Translations under genes and position numbers: made by a program | Notes under the pieces: model-generated | The model's database searches: none | Told to the model about the DNA's origin: nothing | What the model saw: only the letters and a program-made list of their open reading frames with translations | DNA from: Saprospiraceae bacterium | GTDB taxonomy: Bacteria; Bacteroidota; Bacteroidia; Chitinophagales; Saprospiraceae | Assembly: GCA_043720935.1 (NCBI GenBank) | Contig: JAYSRS010000377.1 | Span: 1-37,028, forward strand | Direction: 5' to 3' | Length of the DNA stretch: 37,028 nucleotides | Part shown: piece after piece, positions 24,886 through 31,956 of the stretch | Layout of the letters: each line of letters opens with the position of its first letter | Numbering within the stretch: the stretch's first letter is position 1

Positions 24886-26052
24886 TTATTCAAACAAATT
24901 GGACAAATTGGCATAACTCACCACTTCAAAACCATCTTTCAAGGGATAATTTTCCGAAACGGGCGCAACGATAACATTCCGACGCGTTTTGAGGTCAACC
25001 GATGCTGTCCAAAGGCTTTTGGTGATAACAGGCGCGGAAGTGTGCTTGATTTCGACCAATATTTCGGGAATACCCGCTTTTACGATAACCAAATCGGCTT
25101 CTGTGCCGTCTTGGGTTCGGTAAAAATAAAGCTCATGTCGAGGTGGCAGCATCGTCGCTATTTCTTGAAAAATATAGCCTTCCCACGACGCCCCCAACGA
25201 AGGATGTCCTTGCAATTGCTCGAAACTGCCGATGGCCAAAAGCGCGTGCAAAATACCCGTATCTCGAATGTATATTTTGGGCGTTTTGACAAGCCGCTTC
25301 GATATGTTCGTGTACCAAGGCTGCAACTGCCGAATGAGATACGAGGCTTCAAAAAAATCAATATACCGCCGAATTGTCGGGGCCGTTACGCCCAATGAAT
25401 TACCAAAAGATTGGAGATTCAACAAATTGCCGTTCCAATGCGCCAACATCGTCCAAAGCCGACGCGTCAACAAAGGATTTGCATTCAAACCCAACATCGG
25501 CAAATCCCGTTCAAGATAAGTTTGGATAAAATTTTCTCGCCAATCCATACTGTTTTGGTCGTCTTTTGCCAATAAACTTTCGGGAAAACCGCCACGCAAC
25601 CAATGCGTTTTGTAAGTCGCCAAATCCGCCGTTTCAAGGTGCGACAAAGGCGATAATTCAAAATAAGCAATCCGCCCTGCCAACGATTCGGAGGTGTCCC
25701 GTATCAAATCGGGCGAGGCTGAACCCAACAAAATGAACCGATTTGGGATGCGGTGTTGGTCAATTAGGCCCCTCAGTATCGGAAACAAATTCGGCACGCG
25801 TTGTATCTCATCCAAGATAACTGTCTGTTCTTGGAGTGGTTCAAGAAACAAAAACGGGTCGCTCAATTTGTTAAGGTCGCGCGGATTTTCTAAATCAAGG
25901 TACAGCGTCGGACGCGTCCACGCTGCCGCAATGTGTTGCGCTAAGGACGTTTTACCAACTTGTCGTGGGCCCACAATCGCCACCGCAGGGAACTGATGCA
26001 ACAGCCGTAAAATGTCCGTTTCTGCCGTCCGTGAAATATAAGGTCTTATCAT
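24886..26052 (-). CDS. AAA-type ATPase with a DUF4143-like C-terminal domain
   Basis: Start moved to MIRPYISR (ATG at 26052). Walker A is GPRQVGKTSLA and Walker B-like is VILDEIQ. The C-terminal part is typical of the AAA_14/DUF4143 family (from memory). Confidence 0.75.
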   Translation of the reverse strand: MIRPYISRTAETDILRLLHQFPAVAIVGPRQVGKTSLAQHIAAAWTRPTLYLDLENPRDLNKLSDPFLFLEPLQEQTVILDEIQRVPNLFPILRGLIDQHRIPNRFILLGSASPDLIRDTSESLAGRIAYFELSPLSHLETADLATYKTHWLRGGFPESLLAKDDQNSMDWRENFIQTYLERDLPMLGLNANPLLTRRLWTMLAHWNGNLLNLQSFGNSLGVTAPTIRRYIDFFEASYLIRQLQPWYTNISKRLVKTPKIYIRDTGILHALLAIGSFEQLQGHPSLGASWEGYIFQEIATMLPPRHELYFYRTQDGTEADLVIVKAGIPEILVEIKHTSAPVITKSLWTASVDLKTRRNVIVAPVSENYPLKDGFEVVSYANLSNLFE

Positions 26053-26132
26053 ATTTTTTATTTTTTCCCTGCAAATCAAAAACAAAATTTTCGATTTACA
26101 GGGAAAAAAATGAAATTTAATACTTGAGGGGG

Positions 26133-26969
26133 CTATTCTGCGCCGTCTGTTGGCAATTCTTTGGCTGATTCGCTTCCTTTCAGCCCCAAGAAATTATCTT
26201 TGGATACGACTTTCAAACCTGATTCTTCTTCATAATTGTTGCGGGCTTTACCGCCAATTCTGCCGCCGATTTGCGCCGCGTCGTGGCTATCCGCAAAACC
26301 TTGAGCATTGTCTCTTAGCGTTATTTGACGCGTGGCCTCTTCACCAAGAGCCGTAAAAATCAGTTCTAAGGGTGTCATGTGGTCGCGGAGATTTTGACGG
26401 TCTAAACCCTTAATTTCTTTGTGTTCAGTCGGCGTTACGCCAAATGTTCCTTTGGCGATGGTTGCCGTCAAAATGGCGTATTCTTGATTTTCTTTGACAT
26501 CCCGCGCTTTCCATTCATCGGTTAGTTCTTTGCGCGTTTCGATGGTTTGAACACGTCGCCCAATCCATTCTTCGGTATAACCTTTGGCACGGTAGAGTTC
26601 CGTCTGTCGAGCGGTCAACAATTCAGGGTTTTCGGTTTCATCAATCGCCTGTTTGCCGAGCGATGCCAACCAAAGTTTTAGCGGTTCGGCCTTGGGCGAC
26701 GGAACAGCCATGAGGATTCTAAACACCCCCTCAGTATTCGAGCAGTCTGACGGGCGTTCCTTCCCATCAAGCCCTACTAATTTCAACTTTTCGCAAATTG
26801 CGAAAAGTTGAGGTTCTTTTTTCTTTATGCCGTTCCAATACCGCGATGGTTGTGGACTATCCGTCAAAACGCCAATAACATCAACGACCGAAAAATACCA
26901 TTGTTCGTTGTACCAAATCTTGCGGATTCTTTCGCCCTCAAAAGGGCTTAATGCGTTGTCTTTCTCCAT
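26133..26969 (-). CDS. Bro-N domain / DinD-like DNA-damage-inducible family protein
   Basis: 278-aa ORF. The N-terminus (FEGERIRKIWYNEQWYFSVVDVIGVL) has a Bro-N pattern. The C-terminal half (NLRDHMTPLELIFTALGEEAT) resembles E. coli DinD as I remember it. Confidence 0.6.
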   Translation of the reverse strand: MEKDNALSPFEGERIRKIWYNEQWYFSVVDVIGVLTDSPQPSRYWNGIKKKEPQLFAICEKLKLVGLDGKERPSDCSNTEGVFRILMAVPSPKAEPLKLWLASLGKQAIDETENPELLTARQTELYRAKGYTEEWIGRRVQTIETRKELTDEWKARDVKENQEYAILTATIAKGTFGVTPTEHKEIKGLDRQNLRDHMTPLELIFTALGEEATRQITLRDNAQGFADSHDAAQIGGRIGGKARNNYEEESGLKVVSKDNFLGLKGSESAKELPTDGAE

Positions 26970-27039
26970 TTTTATTACGTTTTTTTATTGCCTTTTTTTA
27001 TTGCGTTTAGCCTTCCAGTAGATTAGAATGCACGTTTGT

Positions 27040-27540
27040 TCGTATTTCAATTTTATATTAGAATACATATTTTGTACACTTTTTGTACGTATAAAGTACA
27101 TATAGCTCTACGAAATACATACAAAACAAGTATTGCATACACATACTGTACGTATCTCAATTTTACTCATATTACACAAGCTGCTAAGATGGCACACTGA
27201 TTTGACTGATATGACTGATTCAAAAGGATTTCTTTTTTTGATAGAAACGTTTACAGAAAAAATCAGTGTAAATCAGTCGCATCTGTCAAATTAGTGGCCC
27301 GTTGCGTAACATCAGAATTTTAAATTAGAATACATATTTTATACGCTTTTTGTACGTACAAAGTATGTATAAATTTATAAAATACATACATAATACATAC
27401 ATAATACATACATAATACATACATAATACATAATACACATACTGTACGTATTTTTTTGAATCTACTCCCCTACCCTCTTTTGATAGAAACATCGTTCTGA
27501 TAACCATTAAAAATTGCGAAATTATCGGCTTCATGTCGCA
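27040..27540. repeat. AT-rich non-coding block of two imperfect 240-270-bp direct repeat units
   Basis: TTAGAATACATATTTT occurs at 27058 and 27325. TTTTGTACGTA occurs at 27081 and 27347. ACTGTACGTAT occurs at 27145 and 27441. TTTTGATAGAAAC occurs at about 27236 and 27478. The 11-bp tandem AATACATACAT is repeated four times at 27381-27424. Confidence 0.8.
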
Positions 27541-27552
27541 AAATGATAAAAG

Positions 27553-27730
27553 CTGTCTTGTTGCGGCGTAGCTGCAAAATCTTGGTAATAAAATCCCTAA
27601 ATACCCGATTTCAAATGCGGTGTAACCGCTAAACCGCTTGTTTTGCGGTTACACCGCATAGAAAAAAGCGTTTTTACGTTAATCGTTATCAAGATTTTGC
27701 AGCTACGCCGCAATAAGACACCCCTCAGTA
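27553..27730. mobile_element. Family A MITE-like palindromic element, copy 2
   Basis: It has the same terminal repeats (27557-27587 / 27688-27717) and the same inner GCGGTGTAACCGC hairpin as 6106-6290. CCCCTCAGTA (27721-27730) abuts the right repeat at the same 3-nt offset. Confidence 0.8.
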
Positions 27731-27852
27731 TTTTACGACGTAAAACCGATAATTCCGAAACTACCAAGGTATGTATTTTTTACGTAAAATATACATACCG
27801 AATACATAAATACGTATCTAATACATACAACATACGCAAATAACACGTATTT

Positions 27853-29241
27853 TTAAAACGCATCGGGGCGCAGTTTCTTAACCGAATTGTAGAAAGCTCC
27901 TTTAAAACTCGGATTTTGAAGGTTCTCACTGAGCGATTTTAAGGGATTGTATGAACCCGAAAACATGGAATATTGGATTTGTTGAAGCGCAGTTTTAAGC
28001 AATTCTTCATCCGTTACGACCAAGGCGAGAACAATTTGTTCTTCGTGCTTGTACTGTTCTTTCTTTTTTTCCTCTGCAAGTAGCATGGCTTGGTTCTGTT
28101 CCTTTTGCTGAACACGTGTCTGTTCCTTAACCACCGTTTCTTTCTTCTTTTTCTCCGTAATTTTAAAATTACCTCGGACGGCTTCAACAAAAAAACCTGC
28201 TGCCGATTCCTTAATTTTACCCTCATTAATGGCACTTTCTGTAACTTTTACAGCTTCTCGAATCACCCCCTCAGTATAATCCTCAACAAGTGCCATAAAC
28301 ATTTTGAGACTCACGCCAAAGCGGGTCACGACAACGGGGGATAAATCGACTGTCAATTTTTCTTTCGCTTGTTGCACCTGTTCGTCCGTTATTTCAGTCA
28401 CGATATTTCCGACAATTACTGTCTTTTCAGTCGTTTTTACGGTTTCAATCGGCACTATCTGCAGCGTTTGACGTTTAGGTTCTGCCCGCAATTCGCGCAA
28501 AAGAGGTGGTTTTTCTTCTGTTTTACGACTGAAAAAGAAATGAAGTGCCGTTACTTTTCGTCCTTCCTTCACTTTTTCATAACGACTAATTTTAATATCC
28601 GTGTATTTATTAATCTCCTTGACGGCAGGTTTGATAACCCACTGATGAAAATTGGAAAAATCGGGATATTCTTTATCATATTCCAAGATTCTCTTCATGT
28701 ATTCGATGTCCAAAACCCGTCCTTCAAGCGATTCATATTGCTTCAATAATTCATATATTCGTACCGATTGCGCGCTCAATCGAGAGACATTACTAAGGTC
28801 ATAAGCCGTAAAATTCTTTTGCAATTGCAGCAGCAAAGGCTTCATTTCAGGCTCAATTGTCACGTCAATATACTCCTGATTTTGAATTCCGTCGCCCGCT
28901 TGCCCTTCTTTCAGATAGTCCGTACTCCTGATGATGTGGTACTCTTTTTCGCGCGTAAATCCACCTTCTTGATAGTTGACATGGAGTGTTTTTCGCATCA
29001 AATTTTTCACACCTGCCCGCAGTAAATCGTATGATTGGTGCGATTTTATGCCGAAAATATCAATCACATCGCTGTACCAAATCCTGTATGTTTGCAAATC
29101 CGCATCCTCCTTCCGTATGCACGAGAGCAAGGACAGAAACATGCGGGTTTCCCAAGTGTCGAATCTGTACCGTGCCTCAATGAGTTGATTCGATTTTTTT
29201 ATGATGCGGATGCCTTTATTTCTTTTTGAACTTGCACTCAT
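27853..29241 (-). CDS. Plasmid replication initiator, Rep_3 (RepB/RepA iteron-binding) family, with a roughly 200-aa C-terminal extension
   Basis: 462-aa ORF with N-terminal Rep_3 signatures (KSNQLIEARYRFDTWETRMFLSLLS, SVRIYELLKQY). An iteron array lies directly upstream. Confidence 0.85.
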   Translation of the reverse strand: MSASSKRNKGIRIIKKSNQLIEARYRFDTWETRMFLSLLSCIRKEDADLQTYRIWYSDVIDIFGIKSHQSYDLLRAGVKNLMRKTLHVNYQEGGFTREKEYHIIRSTDYLKEGQAGDGIQNQEYIDVTIEPEMKPLLLQLQKNFTAYDLSNVSRLSAQSVRIYELLKQYESLEGRVLDIEYMKRILEYDKEYPDFSNFHQWVIKPAVKEINKYTDIKISRYEKVKEGRKVTALHFFFSRKTEEKPPLLRELRAEPKRQTLQIVPIETVKTTEKTVIVGNIVTEITDEQVQQAKEKLTVDLSPVVVTRFGVSLKMFMALVEDYTEGVIREAVKVTESAINEGKIKESAAGFFVEAVRGNFKITEKKKKETVVKEQTRVQQKEQNQAMLLAEEKKKEQYKHEEQIVLALVVTDEELLKTALQQIQYSMFSGSYNPLKSLSENLQNPSFKGAFYNSVKKLRPDAF

Positions 29242-29270
29242 CGTTGATTCAGCTATTTTGATTTTGAAAA

Positions 29271-29534
29271 ATTAGAAATTTGGGAAAGCAAAGCGCATTT
29301 ATTAGATTAATGGGATAAAAGTAGCAAACCTAAACGAACTATTAGGAATTTGGGCGTAATTATTAGGAATTTGGGAGAAAAAAGGATGCGAATAAGAAAA
29401 TTAATGGGAGAATGTGGTTATTAACCTTAGATTTTCCCAATTTACTAATACTATGTCCCAAATATCTAATAGTTGAGTCCCAATTTACTAATACTATGTC
29501 CCAATTTTCTAATAGTTAGTCCCAATTTTCTAAT
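29271..29534. promoter_or_regulatory. Iteron array / candidate oriV
   Basis: ATTAGRAATTTGGGA-type repeats occur at 29271, 29301 (degenerate), 29341 and 29362. The inverse form GTCCCAAWTWNCTAATA occurs at 29434, 29456, 29477, 29498 and 29519 (the last four spaced exactly 21 bp), plus a solitary copy at 29878-29893. AT-rich DNA follows (29576-29850). Confidence 0.8.
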
Positions 29535-29540
29535 AGTTAA

Positions 29541-29575
29541 GCTCATAACTAATTTATAATCAATTAGTTATGAGC
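29541..29575. repeat. Perfect 14-bp-stem palindrome at the iteron/AT-rich boundary
   Basis: GCTCATAACTAATT (29541-29554) / AATTAGTTATGAGC (29562-29575) with a 7-nt loop. Confidence 0.8.
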
Positions 29576-29971
29576 GTCTAAAACAATAAAAGATTTAAAA
29601 ACAATTTAAAAAGATTTAAACAACAACAAAAGCGTTTGATGTTGTTTTTAATAAAAATTGTAGAATAGAGCAGGAGCAAGGTGTTGAACTCTGTTTGTTT
29701 TTATAATAGTACTTATAATAACGTCGAATAAACGCCTTTTTAATCAAAAATAAGCGGCTAATAATTAAAATTAAGATACTTACGCCTTTTTTTTAGAAAG
29801 GGGCTTAAAATCAAAATTATGAAGCAATTATGAAACAACTAAAAATAGACCCCCTCAGTATGAATCTCTAATTTGATGTCCCAATTTTCTAATTTTTCAG
29901 TTAAGTCAAGATTTCTACAATTTTCCAATACAAAACAGAGACAATTTGACATACGTGCAATTTATGTATGA

Positions 29972-30004
29972 TGTACGTATTTTGTACGTATTTTGTACGT
30001 ATAA
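29972..30004. repeat. 11-bp tandem TGTACGTATTT x3 (candidate centromere-like or host-factor sites)
   Basis: Three head-to-tail copies lie downstream of the par operon. Related TTTTGTACGTAT is found at 30108-30123 and 31163-31176. Confidence 0.7.
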
Positions 30005-30144
30005 TTTTACATGAGTTCAATATCTGTCCGAATCAGCTTTTTAGATGAAATCCTTGCGTTTCAATATTATTCGTAAATTATACGTATTTTTTACACATGC
30101 TATATGTATTTTGTACGTATTTTAACTACTCTTTCAAAACTACT

Positions 30145-30378
30145 TCATTCTTCGTCCAAATCTTTACGCACAAGCGAGAGTAAATAATTGGTTAGATTAT
30201 AACCCTTTTTCTGCATTTTGTCGCGGACCAAATCGTGCAGATATTTTGGCATATTGAAGTTGACCCGATGAATATCCCCTTCCATTTCCTTTTGTTTTTG
30301 CTTTTTAATGATTTGTTCGACGACATCAATCTGTGTGTCAACTTCTGCTTGTTTGGGTGCGAAACGGTTTTTACTCAT
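30145..30378 (-). CDS. Small ribbon-helix-helix-like partition/centromere-binding protein (ParG/CopG-like)
   Basis: 77-aa ORF that overlaps the parA stop by 8 nt. The C-terminal IHRVNFNMPKYLHDLVRDKMQKKGYNLTNYLLSLV fits an RHH strand-helix-helix pattern. Confidence 0.55.
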   Translation of the reverse strand: MSKNRFAPKQAEVDTQIDVVEQIIKKQKQKEMEGDIHRVNFNMPKYLHDLVRDKMQKKGYNLTNYLLSLVRKDLDEE

Positions 30379-31045
30379 TGTTATCTTCTTTTAATGTTGA
30401 CATGATTTGTTCTATTTCATCCGTAAAACGGCTAAATTCTTCTTTTGCTTTGCGGTCTTTGCCTTCTACTACGCCGAGACCGTCCGTTGCATTATCGGCA
30501 TAAGCTGTGCGATTGACAAGCCGTGTTGTCAAAATAGGTGTCTCCAACGAGCCAAGTGCTTCTCCGATTTCTTTGGCAATATTGGCCCTTTCGTTGACCC
30601 GATTCATGACAACGTAGGCAGCGACACTCCCTAAATTAGCGGCTACGCGGTTGCCATTCATTTCTTTTAGGAGTTTCAAAAAACTCTCGAAGGCGCGAAA
30701 ATCAAAAATACTCGGTGAAATCGGAATAATGACAATATCGCTCACTAAAATCGTTCGCGTGGCCAATTCTGATAATTGTGGTGTGCCATCAATGATAACA
30801 ATATCAAATTTATCTTGCAAATTGTTCAGCACTTTGCTATTGATTTGATTTTGCTCCATCGCAAAAACTTGAATGATTGCACGGTCTTGGCTTCGACAAC
30901 TCGCCCATTCCAATGAAGAATGTTGCTTTTGGTCGGTATCAATGATACAAACACTTTTACCTCTTTGGGTAAAAGAAGCGGCTAAATTAACGGCAATTGT
31001 TGTTTTTCCAACACCCCCTTTTAGGTTTGTAACGGCTATTTTCAT
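30371..31045 (-). CDS. parA: ParA/Soj-family partition ATPase
   Basis: 224-aa ORF with the deviant Walker A motif KGGVGKTT at residues 9-16, and IIDTD and IIDGTP motifs. Confidence 0.9.
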   Translation of the reverse strand: MKIAVTNLKGGVGKTTIAVNLAASFTQRGKSVCIIDTDQKQHSSLEWASCRSQDRAIIQVFAMEQNQINSKVLNNLQDKFDIVIIDGTPQLSELATRTILVSDIVIIPISPSIFDFRAFESFLKLLKEMNGNRVAANLGSVAAYVVMNRVNERANIAKEIGEALGSLETPILTTRLVNRTAYADNATDGLGVVEGKDRKAKEEFSRFTDEIEQIMSTLKEDNNE

Positions 31046-31120
31046 TTCTATTACGCTTAATTTTTGAAAGTCAAAGGTAGTACTTTTTTTGTGGCAAAGT
31101 TTATTTATGTGTATAAATCA

Positions 31121-31174
31121 TGTACAAAATACTGATATAATACGTAAATACATATTTTATCAGTATTTTGTACG
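31121..31174. promoter_or_regulatory. Inverted repeat upstream of parA (candidate operator/centromere)
   Basis: TGTACAAAATACTGATA (31121-31137) / TATCAGTATTTTGTACG (31158-31174), located 76-129 nt upstream of the parA start. Confidence 0.5.
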
Positions 31175-31630
31175 TATAAATACGCTCAACAATGGCAAAA
31201 CCTTATAGCTTTCAATCGGAAGGGCAAAGATTTAAAAACCTATCAAGCTAATTTCAATGGTGATGTTGCCAAGCAATAATTTTTTAGGTTTGAAAGGCGG
31301 TGACGCGGCGGCTGAACTGTCGAAATCGAAAGAAGATTAAAATAAAATCAAATTTTTGGATGGTTGTAGAATAAGGTAGTGGCCTATTTTTGAAGGCTAA
31401 TTTTGCTAAATTAGGTTGAATTTGGGCAATAAATTTTGAAAATCATATTTCTAAAAACGGACTTTCGCTTGACGGCGAAAATCCGTTTTTTTATGCAAAA
31501 ATGTGACAAAAGCGATGTGCCTAAAATTTGATTTTAGGGTGTTAAATCGCGTAAAAAAGGGGGGGGTAAAATCAGACTTTCGTATATTTTCACCTACAGG
31601 CTTTTTCGCGTTTTTGGCGTGTTTTGCATA

Positions 31631-31692
31631 ACATTTAAAATTGACATTTAAAATTGACATTTAAAATTATCATTTAAAATTATCATTTAACC
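31631..31692. repeat. 13-bp tandem repeat (ACATTTAAAATTG x2, ACATTTAAAATTA x1, TCATTTAAAATTA x1, plus a partial copy)
   Basis: Units start at 31631, 31644, 31657 and 31670, with a partial unit at 31683. Confidence 0.85.
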
Positions 31693-31734
31693 GTGTAAAC
31701 ACTTTTTGAACGCTCGTTAAAAAGTGTTTACACG
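31692..31734. repeat. Perfect 16-bp-stem palindrome CGTGTAAACACTTTTT / AAAAAGTGTTTACACG
   Basis: Arms are 31692-31707 and 31719-31734 with an 11-nt loop. A third half-site, CAAAAGTGTTTACC, lies at 31821-31834, about 125 nt upstream of the receptor gene at 31957. Confidence 0.8.
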
Positions 31735-31956
31735 CACTAAACCGCGCTTAATGTGTTTTTGGTGCGGTTAAATTTGAGTAGGATATTCAAAGAATTGTTT
31801 ACTTTTTTATTTTAACTGCTCAAAAGTGTTTACCTAAATAGTTTCCCAACACGCTCTAACTTAGTCTGAATAAAATTTCAAAAACAGTAGATATTTCAAA
31901 AAGCTGTTCTAGTTTTGCGCCTTTATTTTAATTCAGTCTAAATAAATTTTGTTAAA

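Noticed and set aside
26061-26110. Hairpin TTTTTTCCCTGCAAATC / GATTTACAGGGAAAAAAA between the DinD-like and ATPase genes, considered as a terminator.
   Set aside because: On either strand the T-run precedes the stem and an A-run follows it, which is the wrong polarity for an intrinsic terminator. It may be an operator or a structural repeat, but I cannot support a call.
27325-27534. A 69-aa ORF rich in Y/V/C/M (…YVQYVYYVLCMYYVCIMYVLCMYF…).
   Set aside because: It is the translation of the AATACATACAT tandem repeat and surrounding AT-rich repeats, not a gene.
29434-29534. Regularly spaced 21-bp direct repeats that superficially resemble a miniature CRISPR array.
   Set aside because: The repeats are contiguous with no unique spacers. 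They are only about 17 bp of conserved sequence, and the same word occurs inverted at 29271-29376. They lie directly upstream of a Rep_3 gene. They are plasmid iterons.
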